Below are positions 9,130 to 18,180 of a stretch of 43,824 bases of DNA, piece after piece. Positions within the stretch are counted from its first letter, which is position 1; each line of letters starts with the position of its first letter. The translations under genes were made by a program, and so were the position numbers. The notes beneath the pieces are model-generated. The model was not told the origin of the DNA. It made no database searches and saw only the letters and a program-made list of their open reading frames with translations. Location: the NCBI GenBank assembly GCA_964425575.1, contig CAYRMN010000006.1, positions 1,140 to 44,963 of the forward strand, in the 5' to 3' direction. This stretch comes from an uncultured Gammaproteobacteria bacterium. GTDB lineage: Bacteria > Patescibacteriota > Patescibacteriia > 2-12-FULL-60-25.

Positions 9130-9180
9130 CACGAGCGGTTCCTCGTGTAAGTCCATTCCATGCCCGTAGGAGGCACAGCC
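9130..9180 (+). promoter_or_regulatory. conserved 5'-leader hairpin plus SD (copy 2)
   Basis: CACGAG-cggttc-CTCGTG, then TAAGTCC...GCCCGTAGGAGGC, then ATG. Compare 8334-8376. Confidence 0.5.
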
Positions 9181-9612
9181 ATGATTCGTCGTTCCATCGC
9201 CGTTCTCGTCGGCATCGTCGTCCTCTCGCTCTTCGGTTGCGCCTCGGCTTCGAAGCCCCGCGTCGCGGCCATCCCAACTCCCCAGGCGGAGCATCTCACG
9301 AACAACATCACCGACTCGTCTGGACCGAAGCTCGAGGATTTCGAGATCCGCGGCATCATCCGCAGCAGCGGGCTCATGATCGGACCCGATCCGTTTCCGA
9401 AGGGCGTTTCGTACGAGGTGGTCAAGGTGCTGCGCCGGGAGGGCAGGTCTGACCACTTGCAGATCCGGATCACTAGCGGACCCGAGATGGGCGAGCTCTG
9501 GCACTGCAGTCCGTCTCCCGAGTGCAAAAGCGTCGAGGGCTGCTCGGAGGTGGATACTCGGCTCTGCTTCTCCGGTTCCGGAGAGTGCGTCTGCCAGCTT
9601 CCCGGGAAGTAG
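9181..9612 (+). CDS. lipoprotein with a C-terminal Cys-knot-like tail, function unknown
   Basis: MIRRSIAVLVGIVVLSLFGC has a lipobox (LFGC). AGGAGG SD upstream. The last 37 aa hold 7 Cys (WHCSPSPECKSVEGCSEVDTRLCFSGSGECVCQLPGK). High G+C. Confidence 0.7.
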   Translation: MIRRSIAVLVGIVVLSLFGCASASKPRVAAIPTPQAEHLTNNITDSSGPKLEDFEIRGIIRSSGLMIGPDPFPKGVSYEVVKVLRREGRSDHLQIRITSGPEMGELWHCSPSPECKSVEGCSEVDTRLCFSGSGECVCQLPGK

Positions 9613-9627
9613 TGCTCACCCTCGCGT

Positions 9628-9690
9628 GCGTCGAGAGCGCCGACGCAAAAGCCCGCCACCCTGTTGTACTTGGGGAGGCGGGCTTTTAAA
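9628..9690 (+). terminator. tandem-hairpin terminator, probably bidirectional
   Basis: First hairpin GCGTCG-agagcgc-CGACGC. Second hairpin AAAAGCCCGCC...GGCGGGCTTTT, followed by TAAAATT. Confidence 0.6.
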
Positions 9691-9708
9691 ATTCTGGAGA
9701 GGTTAGCG

Positions 9709-9806
9709 TGTCGTCCTGAGCGAGTCTGCGAGTCGAAGGATCTTCTCCATGTCAGACAGAGTAGATCCTTCGACTGCGGTGTCGGACGCCTTCGCTCAGG
9801 ACGACA
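9709..9806. repeat. palindromic intergenic repeat, family A, copy 1
   Basis: Outer arms GTCGTCCTGAGCG/CGCTCAGGACGAC enclose inner arms AGTCGAAGGATC/GATCCTTCGACT. Related copies at 17349-17445, 20635-20718 and 30095-30191. Confidence 0.85.
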
Positions 9807-9846
9807 ACGAAGCCCCCATGCTCTCCCTCGTTTGCAAGAGGGGGTT

Positions 9847-11388
9847 CTACTTCGCGTACTCCGTAATTCTCGTTTCTCTGATCAACGTCACCCTGACTTC
9901 TCCTGGATGTTTGAGTTCCTGTTCAATTTTATTGGCAATATCGCGGGCGAGCTTGGCAGCGCCGAAGTCATCCATGACTTTTGGATTCACAAACACGCGG
10001 ATTTCACGACCGGCTTGAATGGCATAGACTTTTTCAACACCTTCAAATGAAGTCGCGACGTTTTCCAGTTCTTCCAAGCGCTTCACATAAAATTCGAGTG
10101 AGTCTTTGCGGGCACCAGGGCGAGCACCGGAAATCGCATCAGCTGCCTTCACAATCACGGCTTCAAGCGTTTTTGGTTTGTCTTCATGGTGTCCGATGGA
10201 TTGATAGCAAATTTCTTCTGGGAAACCGAATTTCTTCATGATCTGATACCCAAGCTCAGGGTGACCACCCTGCATGTCGTGGTCAACAGCTTTGCCAATA
10301 TCATGGAACAGTCCGCCTTTTTTACAGACCGTCACATCCGCACCAAGTTCTTGGGCCATGAGCGTAGCCAGGTTGGCGACTTCCATGGAGTGCATGAGCT
10401 GGTTTTGTCCGTGAGACGTGCGGTATTTGAGACGGCCAAGAATTTGAATCAATTTTGGATCAATGCCAGCCATGGAAATACCGAGCTGAAATAAGGCATC
10501 TTCACCCGCCTTTTTAATATCAATCGAAAGGTCTTTCTTCGCCTCTTCAATCGCTTCTTCAATACGGCCGGGGTGGATGCGTCCATCGACAATCAATTTA
10601 TCCAAGGCGCGCTTGGCTACGTGGCGGCGAATAGGAGAGAAGCCAGAGATGCTGATCATGCCTGGCGTATCATCCACAATCAGTTCACAGCCCGTCAAAA
10701 GCTCAATGGCTTTGATGTTACGTCCTTCACGACCAATGATACGGCCCTTCATCTCTTCACTTGGGAGTTCGACGTTGGTGGTGGTTGTTTCAGCGACTTG
10801 TGATGAGGCCAAGCGTTGAATGGCTACAGCAATCACATTCCGGGCTTTGCGTTCAATATCTTCTGATTCCATCTGATCGAGCTTACGCATGCGTGACATG
10901 AGCGTATCTTGGTGTTGCTCTTCGATGAGCTTCATCATGCGCTCTAAGGCTTCGTCGCGCGTGAGTCGTGCGACTTCTTCCAGTTTTTTGGTTTCTTCTT
11001 GCTTCAGTGTCTCTACCGCTTGTTGATCCTGGGTAATTTTCAGTGTTTTTACATCTATTTCTTTGCGCGCATCCTCGATTTCTAAAAGCTTCGAGCCGAA
11101 GGTATGCTCCCGTTCAGCTAGCGCCGCTTGTTGCTTTTTCAGCTCTTCTATTGCTCGTTTTTCTTCCAGACGAGCTTCTTCCAGAATTTTAACAGCCTTA
11201 TCCTTAGCTTTAACAAGCACTTCCTGCTCTTTTGTTTCTGCTTGAGTAATGCGTTTCTTGGCTTCAAGCTCAGCGTTTGCAATGAGTAGCTCAGCTTCAC
11301 GAATTTTTTTGGTTTGGACGTATCGCTGACCAAAAAAACCTCCAATTCCACCAACAAGGATGCCAGCAAGTATGGCAAAAAATATCAT
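9847..11388 (-). CDS. rny: ribonuclease Y
   Basis: N-terminal TM anchor, long coiled coil, KH domain (GRIIGREGRNIKAIE) and HD domain (HSMEVANL...FHDIGKA...GHHE). Typical ~510 aa length. Confidence 0.95.
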   Translation of the reverse strand: MIFFAILAGILVGGIGGFFGQRYVQTKKIREAELLIANAELEAKKRITQAETKEQEVLVKAKDKAVKILEEARLEEKRAIEELKKQQAALAEREHTFGSKLLEIEDARKEIDVKTLKITQDQQAVETLKQEETKKLEEVARLTRDEALERMMKLIEEQHQDTLMSRMRKLDQMESEDIERKARNVIAVAIQRLASSQVAETTTTNVELPSEEMKGRIIGREGRNIKAIELLTGCELIVDDTPGMISISGFSPIRRHVAKRALDKLIVDGRIHPGRIEEAIEEAKKDLSIDIKKAGEDALFQLGISMAGIDPKLIQILGRLKYRTSHGQNQLMHSMEVANLATLMAQELGADVTVCKKGGLFHDIGKAVDHDMQGGHPELGYQIMKKFGFPEEICYQSIGHHEDKPKTLEAVIVKAADAISGARPGARKDSLEFYVKRLEELENVATSFEGVEKVYAIQAGREIRVFVNPKVMDDFGAAKLARDIANKIEQELKHPGEVRVTLIRETRITEYAK

Positions 11389-11565
11389 ACGGATTTCAGA
11401 ATGAACTCGGACTTGGCAAACGGCTTTCTTCGATTGTAGACGGAGCCTAACAGGCTACTTAGGCAAAGCTTGGAAATGCGAGGAAAAGCCGACCTTCCAG
11501 AAACAGTGAGAGACAGTGTGCCCATCCGGTTCGAGTCAATAATAAGGGTCGGTAGCTGGAGAATA

Positions 11566-12237
11566 TCAAAACTTGGCCGGTTTGTCGAGGTCGGCAAGTG
11601 CTTCTAGTGTGTACGCTTGTTCAATCGAAAAATCTCCAATTTTGGTTCTTCGTAAAGCGGTCAAATAAGCCCCACATCCAAGAGCGTGGCCGATGTCATC
11701 CGCAAGTGAACGGATATAGGTGCCAGAAGAGCAGCTGACGGCGAGTTCAAGCTCCGGCCAGGCGTAGCGACGTAGGACGAGTTTCGAGATGGTGATTTCT
11801 TTTACGGGGCGCATGTCTTCGGTAGCCGTCCCTGCACGAGCAAGATCATACAGTTTCGCGCCTTTTATTTTTTTGGCTGAATAGAGAGGTGCCTTTTGAA
11901 TAAATGTGCCTCTAAATTGCTTTAAAATAGGCTCTATTTCTTCTAATGTGGGGATTGTATAGGTGGTTGGATCGGTGACTGTACATGGTCCTTCTATATC
12001 AAACGTTGCGCTGGTCGTACCGAGTCGCAAGGTGGCATCGTAGCTTTTATCGAGTCCCACAAGGGCGGTTAGTTGTTTTGTCCCTGTTCCCACCCCAAGA
12101 ATCAAAAGACCAGTTGCAAACGGATCAAGCGTGCCGGCATGGCCGACTTTGCGTGTATGAAAAATCCGCCGGGCAGAGTCGACGACGTCGTGAGACGTCA
12201 TGCCGGCGGGTTTGTCGACCAGGATGATGGTATCCAT
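11566..12237 (-). CDS. truB: tRNA pseudouridine-55 synthase
   Basis: ILVDKPAGMTSHDVV...VGHAGTLDPFATGLLILGVG contains the catalytic Asp motif. Compact 223-aa form. Confidence 0.93.
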   Translation of the reverse strand: MDTIILVDKPAGMTSHDVVDSARRIFHTRKVGHAGTLDPFATGLLILGVGTGTKQLTALVGLDKSYDATLRLGTTSATFDIEGPCTVTDPTTYTIPTLEEIEPILKQFRGTFIQKAPLYSAKKIKGAKLYDLARAGTATEDMRPVKEITISKLVLRRYAWPELELAVSCSSGTYIRSLADDIGHALGCGAYLTALRRTKIGDFSIEQAYTLEALADLDKPAKF

Positions 12238-12249
12238 GGTCAGAGTGTA

Positions 12250-12804
12250 TCATGCGCCCCTGCGCACCAGAGAGCTTGCGTGCAGGAGGGAAAAATGGTG
12301 CGCGAGTTTTCTTTCGAAGCATTCACGGAGTGCCTCGCCTGTTTTCCCCTGACCACAGCGCCTTCCGCTTGTTTGGAGACCGACGCAAGAGGCCACCTCT
12401 TGCCTGATTTGTTCTTCAAGAGCTTGTTCGCCGTAGACGTACAGGACGTCACGCCATACGTTGTTCATGCCCTCACAGGAATCAGTGTCATGATCTAAAA
12501 CTTCTGAAATGCGAATCTCGACGACGAGGAGGACGGCATCCTCATCAGTTATAAAAATATGGACCGCTTCAGATCCAACCGCTTGAATGGTGACGAGGCT
12601 GTTCATTGAGAGCGTGACCGCATTTTCCGCGGCGTATGACTGTAGGGTTTCAATGAGAAGTTTGGTGGAGTTGCTCGGTGAAGGTAGTTTTTGCAGTGAT
12701 GTAAGTGAAGCGCTGAAAAATCTCGTTTGAGCCACATAGTTCGCTTCCCAGTCCGCCAACTTGGATCGCGTGACATCAACCCGTCGAAAGAAGATCGTTG
12801 CCAT
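12250..12804 (-). CDS. hypothetical protein (184 aa)
   Basis: Start placed at MATIFFRRVD (ATG at 12804), preceded by GGGAGG. Intermediate G+C. No family recognised. Sits between the divergent truB and infB genes. Confidence 0.45.
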   Translation of the reverse strand: MATIFFRRVDVTRSKLADWEANYVAQTRFFSASLTSLQKLPSPSNSTKLLIETLQSYAAENAVTLSMNSLVTIQAVGSEAVHIFITDEDAVLLVVEIRISEVLDHDTDSCEGMNNVWRDVLYVYGEQALEEQIRQEVASCVGLQTSGRRCGQGKTGEALRECFERKLAHHFSLLHASSLVRRGA

Positions 12805-12913
12805 GGCGCACCTCCCTAAAGTGGAGTCGTTATGCAAGGTTGTCAATATCCTAACAATAGAATCTGCTCATTTATACGCGTCGTCAAGAGGAGAATAGAA
12901 TCTGTTTTTTGGC

Positions 12914-12942
12914 TTGACCAATATACTTTTTCCTACTAGACT
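12914..12942 (+). promoter_or_regulatory. sigma70-type promoter abutting the infB start codon (possible leaderless mRNA)
   Basis: TTGACC (12914-12919), 17-nt spacer, TAGACT (12937-12942). Only 8 nt separate the -10 element from the ATG at 12951, and there is no SD. Confidence 0.55.
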
Positions 12943-12950
12943 GCGAACAC

Positions 12951-14969
12951 ATGAATGTCTCTGATTTAGCCCGTCGTTTGCGCGTTACGCCGCATGATCT
13001 TCTGCAAAAATTGCCTGAGCTTGGCTTTGATATTGGAGCTCGCGCCATCAAGATTGATGACGTTATGGGTGAAAAGATCGCTCGTAAATGGATTGATAAT
13101 GAGCGCCGAGAGCGGTTGCGTGATTCGTTATTGGCGTCATCTGGTCGTCCGACTGGACCAGCGGGGGAGCTCAAAGATTTGAAAGCGGTCAAGCTACCCG
13201 CCTTCATTATTGTTCGTGACTTTGCTGGGCGGCTCGACTTACCGGTCACGAAAGTGATTCAGCAGCTTATGCGTGCTGGTATTCTGGCTACGCAGAACGA
13301 ACGCTTGGACTACGAAACAGCCAATATTATTGCAGAAGAATTAGGATTTAAAGCGCAGCTCGAAGAGGTAGCATCTGAGAATATGGTTGAGACCGTTCAG
13401 GCCTCAGATCGCGTACGCGAGATTTTAGATAAAGATGCTGGCGGGAATGTGATTGCGCGTCCTCCTGTTGTTGTGGTGATGGGCCACGTTGATCATGGCA
13501 AAACGAAAACACTCGATGCGATTCGTTCAACCAATATCATGGGCGGTGAAGCCGGCGGAATTACCCAACATATTGGCGCATATCAGGCGGTGAAAAAAGA
13601 ACGTCGTATTACATTTATTGATACGCCTGGTCACGAAGCATTTACGGTCATGCGCTCGCGTGGAGCGAAGGTGGCAGATATTGCCATTCTTGTTGTAGCG
13701 GCTGATGACGGTGTGCAGCCACAAACAAAGGAGGCGATTAGTATCATTCAGGCGGCGAAGCTCCCATTTATCGTAGCCATGAACAAGATGGACAAGCCGG
13801 ACGCTGATCCAGATCGTGTGTTGGCACAGCTCGCAGAGCAGAACGTCACAACAGACGCTTGGGGCGGGACGATTCCGCTCGTAAAGATTTCCGCCAAAAC
13901 AGGTTTGGGTATTGATGATCTATTGGATATGATTTTGCTCGTGGCAGATGTGAATGCAGATAAGATTATGGCCAGAGTCGATCGGTTGGCTGCAGGCACG
14001 GTCATTGAGGCGCACGTTGATAAAGGTGAAGGGCCAGTGGCTACCGTTTTGGTACAGGTCGGAACGCTGAAGCGGAATGATCATTTGGGAATCGCGGGCG
14101 CAGCGTATGGTCGTGTTCGTGCAATGCGTGACTGGAATGGAAAGATGCTGGACGAAGCCTTGCCTGGTACACCGGTGAAAATTTTAGGGTTTAAAGTAGC
14201 TCCCGCTGTTGGTGATATCTTTGAAGTGCCGGAAGATCACAAGGCGCTGGAAGTGAAAAAAATGAAGACGAGTATGCAGGTGGCCAGCCAGATGACCGCC
14301 ACAAAAGCGACGCCCACTGAAGAAGAAAAATCAACCAAGAAACAGACCTTGAATGTGGTATTAAAGTGCGATGTGCTTGGCTCGCTCGAAGCGTTGCTCG
14401 GCATGTTTGAAAAGATCCGTCATGATGATGTTGGTGCTGAAGTGATTCAAAAAGGGTTGGGCAATATCACAGAAGGGGATGTGATTCGAGCGGAAAATTC
14501 TCCACCGTCTGTTGTGTATGGATTTAACGTGGTACCAACACCGCAAGCCGCTTCACTCGCGCGTACGAAAAATATTGAGATCAAGGAATTCAAAATCATC
14601 TACGATTTGTTTGATGATGTGATTGAAAAATTGAACGCACTCGTGCCGCCAGAAGTTATTATTACCCCGCTTGGGAATTTTGAAGCGGTGGCTATTTTCC
14701 GTACAGAATCCGCTCGTATGGTGGTTGGAGGAAAAGTGACAGATGGGAAAATTCTGGCAGGTGAAAAAGTGCGGGTGTGGCGCGGTGAAGAGCCGGTCGG
14801 TGAGGGAAGTCTTGAATCTGTTCAATCAGGTAAGCAGGCGGTAAAAGAAGTCCATAGCGGTCAGGAGTGTGGGCTATCTTTCAAGGGGAAAACCAAGATT
14901 CAGGTCGGCGATCGTCTGGAGGTGTATCATGAGGAGGTCAAAGATCGTAAAGTGCAGGTGCAAAGATAG
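12951..14969 (+). CDS. infB: translation initiation factor IF-2
   Basis: IF2_N-like start ([21 protein letters not shown]). GTPase motifs [16 protein letters not shown] and NKMD. Complete C-terminal domains. Confidence 0.95.
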   Translation: MNVSDLARRLRVTPHDLLQKLPELGFDIGARAIKIDDVMGEKIARKWIDNERRERLRDSLLASSGRPTGPAGELKDLKAVKLPAFIIVRDFAGRLDLPVTKVIQQLMRAGILATQNERLDYETANIIAEELGFKAQLEEVASENMVETVQASDRVREILDKDAGGNVIARPPVVVVMGHVDHGKTKTLDAIRSTNIMGGEAGGITQHIGAYQAVKKERRITFIDTPGHEAFTVMRSRGAKVADIAILVVAADDGVQPQTKEAISIIQAAKLPFIVAMNKMDKPDADPDRVLAQLAEQNVTTDAWGGTIPLVKISAKTGLGIDDLLDMILLVADVNADKIMARVDRLAAGTVIEAHVDKGEGPVATVLVQVGTLKRNDHLGIAGAAYGRVRAMRDWNGKMLDEALPGTPVKILGFKVAPAVGDIFEVPEDHKALEVKKMKTSMQVASQMTATKATPTEEEKSTKKQTLNVVLKCDVLGSLEALLGMFEKIRHDDVGAEVIQKGLGNITEGDVIRAENSPPSVVYGFNVVPTPQAASLARTKNIEIKEFKIIYDLFDDVIEKLNALVPPEVIITPLGNFEAVAIFRTESARMVVGGKVTDGKILAGEKVRVWRGEEPVGEGSLESVQSGKQAVKEVHSGQECGLSFKGKTKIQVGDRLEVYHEEVKDRKVQVQR

Positions 14970-14976
14970 GTGGGAA

Positions 14977-15045
14977 AACCCCCTTCATCCCCCTTATCAG
15001 GGGGAGATATGCAGGTCCTCCCCTGACAAGGGGAGTTAGAGGGGT
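14977..15045. repeat. palindromic intergenic repeat, family E (CCCCTTATCAGGGG type), copy 1
   Basis: TCCCCC-ttatca-GGGGGA and CTCCCC-tgacaa-GGGGAG hairpins inside the outer arms AACCCC/GGGGTT. Related copy at 32297-32349 and a fragment near 36193-36220. Confidence 0.7.
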
Positions 15046-15075
15046 TGCAGCTAATGCTTTATTTATTTTCTTTCT

Positions 15076-15399
15076 ATGGAATACACATTTACTGAGGCGA
15101 ATTTTGACGCAGAGGTGTTGGGGTCATCTGTACCAGTGTTGGTAGATTTTTGGGCACCATGGTGTGGACCATGTCGCGTGATGGGACCGATGATTGAAGA
15201 ATTGGCTGGGGAGATCGATGAAGCCACATTGAAAGTTGGCAAGTGTAACGTGGACGAGAATGGAACGATCGCGCAGAAATATGGAATCATGTCGATTCCG
15301 AGTTTTATTGTGTTTAAGAATGGACAGCCGCTCGAACCAATCGTAGGCTCCATGGAAAAAGATCGGTTGCGTGATGAAGTCATGAAGCGTATCAAATAA
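15076..15399 (+). CDS. trxA: thioredoxin
   Basis: WAPWCGPCR active site within a 107-aa thioredoxin fold. Confidence 0.93.
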   Translation: MEYTFTEANFDAEVLGSSVPVLVDFWAPWCGPCRVMGPMIEELAGEIDEATLKVGKCNVDENGTIAQKYGIMSIPSFIVFKNGQPLEPIVGSMEKDRLRDEVMKRIK

Positions 15400-15407
15400 T
15401 TGATTGT

Positions 15408-15448
15408 AGGGGCGCCCGCCGCTCGCGAGCAGCGGGGCGCCCTTTTTG
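15408..15448 (+). terminator. rho-independent terminator after trxA
   Basis: GC-rich stem AGGGGCGCCCGC...GCGGGGCGCCCT followed by TTTTT. Confidence 0.7.
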
Positions 15449-15456
15449 AAATATAT

Positions 15457-16389
15457 ATGATCCACGAAGTTCTCATTATCGGTTCTGGGCCCGCAGGCTG
15501 GACGGCAGCTATTTATGCTGCTCGCGCGAATTTATCGCCGATTATTTTTGAAGGCTTAGAACCTGGGGGTCAGCTCATGACCACGACAGATGTTGAAAAT
15601 TTTCCTGGGTTTCCAACGGGCATTCTTGGGCCGGACATGATGACTAAGTTTCGTGAACAGGCCAAGCGGGTCGGAGCTGAAATTATCTCTGAACAGGTTG
15701 AGGCGGTAGATTTTTCATCTCGCCCGTTCAAAGTGACTTCAAAGGGAAAAACCTATGAAGCAAAGACCATAATCGTTGCCACAGGTGCAACGGCTCGTCG
15801 TCTTGGCTTAGAGAACGAGAAGAAATTATACGGTCATGGTGTCTCTGCTTGTGCGACGTGTGATGGTTTCTTTTTTAAGGAAAAAAATATCATCGTCGTA
15901 GGCGGTGGCGATTCGGCCATGGAGGAGGCCAATTTTTTAACTCGCTTTGCCAGCAAGGTCACCATCATTCATCGTCGTGACGCTTTTCGTGCTTCCAAGA
16001 TCATGCAGGAGCGGACATTTAAGAATCCAAAAATCGAAGTGATTTGGAATACGGGTGTGATTGATATTTTGGGTGCAGACGTCGGTCATGTCACTGGCGT
16101 GCGTTTGAAGAATACACAAACAGAAGAGGAGTCTGAGATGCCCATTGATGGCGTGTTTGCCGCGATTGGCCACGAACCAAACACAGCGCTCTTCAAGGGA
16201 CTGATCGATCTCGACGAGAAGGGCTATATCAAAACGACGCCCGGTACAACCCAGACTTCAATTGAAGGTGTTTTTGCTGCTGGCGATGTCCAAGATGCCA
16301 AATATCGCCAGGCGATTACCGCTGCCGGTACTGGCTGTATGGCCGCGCTTGAAGCAGAACGATTTTTGAGCGAAGAGGCTTCTCATTGA
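15457..16389 (+). CDS. trxB: thioredoxin-disulfide reductase
   Basis: GSGPAGWTAAIYAAR FAD motif, redox-active CATCDG, and GGGDSAMEEA NADPH motif. Start moved to MIHEVLIIG (ATG at 15457), because the longer ORF runs through the trxA terminator. Confidence 0.93.
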   Translation: MIHEVLIIGSGPAGWTAAIYAARANLSPIIFEGLEPGGQLMTTTDVENFPGFPTGILGPDMMTKFREQAKRVGAEIISEQVEAVDFSSRPFKVTSKGKTYEAKTIIVATGATARRLGLENEKKLYGHGVSACATCDGFFFKEKNIIVVGGGDSAMEEANFLTRFASKVTIIHRRDAFRASKIMQERTFKNPKIEVIWNTGVIDILGADVGHVTGVRLKNTQTEEESEMPIDGVFAAIGHEPNTALFKGLIDLDEKGYIKTTPGTTQTSIEGVFAAGDVQDAKYRQAITAAGTGCMAALEAERFLSEEASH

Positions 16390-16488
16390 CAGAATGGACG
16401 TTTTCTCCTATTATTTTCGCACCGTTCAGCTCGTGTTCTAAGGGTCTGGTAGCCCTTCGACACCTCTATTCTTCAATTATATTTTAAC

Positions 16489-16803
16489 ATGTTAACCATT
16501 CGTTTAACTCGGGTTGGAAAGCGCAAGCAGCCAATTTATCGCCTCGCTGTCACAGAAAAGGGTCGGGATCCATGGGGCAAGATGCTCGAAATTGTGGGTC
16601 AATACAATCCACGCATGAATCCGGTGAAGCTTGAATTGAATGCGGATCGTATTACACATTGGATTTCAAAAGGAGCTCAGGCATCAGATACGGTTTGGAA
16701 TTTATTAGTTGACGCCAAGGTTGTTACAGGAGACAAGCGGAAGAAGGTAAAAATCAGCACACGCCGCAAAGAAAAGTTGGCGAAGAAGCAGGCTGCCACC
16801 TAA
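16489..16803 (+). CDS. rpsP: 30S ribosomal protein S16
   Basis: MLTIRLTRVGKRKQPIYRLAVTEKGRDPWGK...YNP. Basic C-terminal extension. Confidence 0.93.
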   Translation: MLTIRLTRVGKRKQPIYRLAVTEKGRDPWGKMLEIVGQYNPRMNPVKLELNADRITHWISKGAQASDTVWNLLVDAKVVTGDKRKKVKISTRRKEKLAKKQAAT

Positions 16804-16865
16804 GGTTTACGCCTCGCTGACAGGTGTGGTATTCTTTGAGTCATAATTCTCTTAATAACGCCGAT

Positions 16866-17246
16866 ATGGCAGACATGTTTAAGGATCAGGAGTTTATTGA
16901 GTTCGTTGTGAAGTCCATTGTGAATCATCCGGATGACGTGAAGTCAGAGCGTACGATTGATGAGCGCGGTGTATTGATTACACTTCACATCAATCAAGAA
17001 GATATGGGGTATGTCATTGGCCGACAGGGTCAGACGGCTCGTGCTCTACGTATTCTCTTGAAGATTGTAGGCGCCAAAGATAATGCTCGCGTAAACCTCA
17101 AGATTTACGAACCAGAGGGTGCTCGTATGGCGCATCGTGAAAGTAAGGGTGGTGACGAAGCTGCTCGTTCAGAGGCTCGTCCAGAAGCTCGCCACGGCGA
17201 CGCAGGACTCGTTTCTGATTCCGACTTAGCTGATTTGGGAATTTAA
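16866..17246 (+). CDS. KH-domain RNA-binding protein (YlqC-like) with an acidic/basic tail
   Basis: FIEFVVKSIVNHPDDV...GYVIGRQGQTARALRILLK. Sits in the conserved position after rpsP. Start placed at MADMFKDQ (ATG at 16866). Confidence 0.85.
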   Translation: MADMFKDQEFIEFVVKSIVNHPDDVKSERTIDERGVLITLHINQEDMGYVIGRQGQTARALRILLKIVGAKDNARVNLKIYEPEGARMAHRESKGGDEAARSEARPEARHGDAGLVSDSDLADLGI

Positions 17247-17257
17247 ATGATGAACAA

Positions 17258-17281
17258 GATTCCCTTCTTCGAGGGAATGAC
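17258..17281. repeat. family C half-element
   Basis: GATTCCCTTCTTCGAGGGAATGAC is a single hairpin with the family C terminus. Confidence 0.5.
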
Positions 17282-17298
17282 ATGTTATCGACAAAATC

Positions 17299-17334
17299 AA
17301 AAAACCGTGGGATTGTACCCACGGTTTTTGTTTG
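17299..17334 (+). terminator. rho-independent terminator, bidirectional shape
   Basis: AAAAAA-CCGTGGG-attgta-CCCACGG-TTTTTG. Confidence 0.7.
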
Positions 17335-17348
17335 AGTAAATGCCGTTC

Positions 17349-17445
17349 TGTCGTCCCGAGCAAAACGGAGTGACGTCGAGGGATCTCTAGAGAAAATGTT
17401 CCTTATAGGTCCTTCGACTACGCTCTCGCTCCGCTCAGGACGACG
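17349..17445. repeat. family A repeat, copy 2
   Basis: GTCGTCCCGAGCAAAACGGAGTGACGTCGAGGGATC...GGTCCTTCGACTACGCTCTCGCTCCGCTCAGGACGAC. Nearly identical to the copy at 30095-30191. Confidence 0.85.
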
Positions 17446-17468
17446 AAAGGTGGCTCAAGCAATCTGAT

Positions 17469-18152
17469 ATGAAACGCAAATCTCTACGTGTCGATATTCT
17501 CACCATTTTTCCAGAGATGTTTCCGGGGTATACCCAAGCGTCAATTTTAGGTCGTGCACAAAAAAGTAAGCTGCTAGATGTGCATGTGCATCAATTACGA
17601 GAATGGGCCTTTAATCGGCACAATCATGTAGACGATCGTCCGTATGGGGGAGGGCCTGGCATGGTGATGAAAATTGAGCCGTTTCATGAAGCGTTGATCG
17701 CCTTAAAATTGCAAACAAAGTCAGGTAAAAAAACCAAGGCAGGAGAAAAAGTACGAATTATTTTAACAAGTGCCAAAGGAGCATTATTCACACAACGCGA
17801 CGCAGAGCGGTTGGCGAAATACGATCGTCTGGTATTTTTATGCGGTCGATATGAGGGAGTGGATGAGCGCGTGGCAGAACATTTGGTCGATGAAGAGCTG
17901 TCTATCGGCCCCTATGTGCTGACAGGTGGGGAATTGCCCGCGCTCGTGATGATGGATGCGATTACGCGATTGCGCCCCGGTGTGCTCGGAAAAGAAGCCT
18001 CACTGGAACGTGAATCATGGAGTGAGGGGATGCAAGCGGAATATCCGCAGTACACACGACCTGAAGAGTATCGGGGTTGGAAGGTTCCAAGTGAGCTGTT
18101 GACGGGTCATCATGGGAATGTTGAGAAATGGAGGGATGGGAAGAAGAAATAA
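17469..18152 (+). CDS. trmD: tRNA (guanine37-N1)-methyltransferase
   Basis: ILTIFPEMF, DDRPYGGGPGMVM, LCGRYEGVDERV and SIGPYVLTGGELPA (SPOUT knot motifs). Confidence 0.93.
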   Translation: MKRKSLRVDILTIFPEMFPGYTQASILGRAQKSKLLDVHVHQLREWAFNRHNHVDDRPYGGGPGMVMKIEPFHEALIALKLQTKSGKKTKAGEKVRIILTSAKGALFTQRDAERLAKYDRLVFLCGRYEGVDERVAEHLVDEELSIGPYVLTGGELPALVMMDAITRLRPGVLGKEASLERESWSEGMQAEYPQYTRPEEYRGWKVPSELLTGHHGNVEKWRDGKKK

Positions 18153-18180
18153 TTGAGCGCCATCGTCTGCGCCCTCTTCT

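Noticed and set aside
8557-9659. Minus-strand ORFs 8557..9042 and 9093..9659 (161 and 188 aa), and other overlapping frames in the lipoprotein island
   Set aside because: These are shadow ORFs in ~65% G+C sequence with no start-site signals. The plus-strand ORFs have SD sites and lipoboxes.
11389-11565. Possible tRNA or small RNA in the truB-rny spacer (contains a GGTTCGAGTC T-loop-like string)
   Set aside because: The flanking bases cannot form a T-arm stem, and no acceptor or anticodon arms can be drawn. It is more likely an untranslated leader of rny.
12073-12498. 141-aa plus-strand ORF
   Set aside because: It lies antisense to the well-supported truB gene and to the 12250..12804 ORF, and has no start-site signals.
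16387-16389. Alternative genetic code (UGA read as Gly, as in Gracilibacteria/Absconditabacteria)
   Set aside because: TGA ends conserved genes at their expected C-termini, including trxB at 16387-16389, the GT2 at 33062-33064, and paralog 2 and paralog 4 of the array. The standard code 11 therefore applies.
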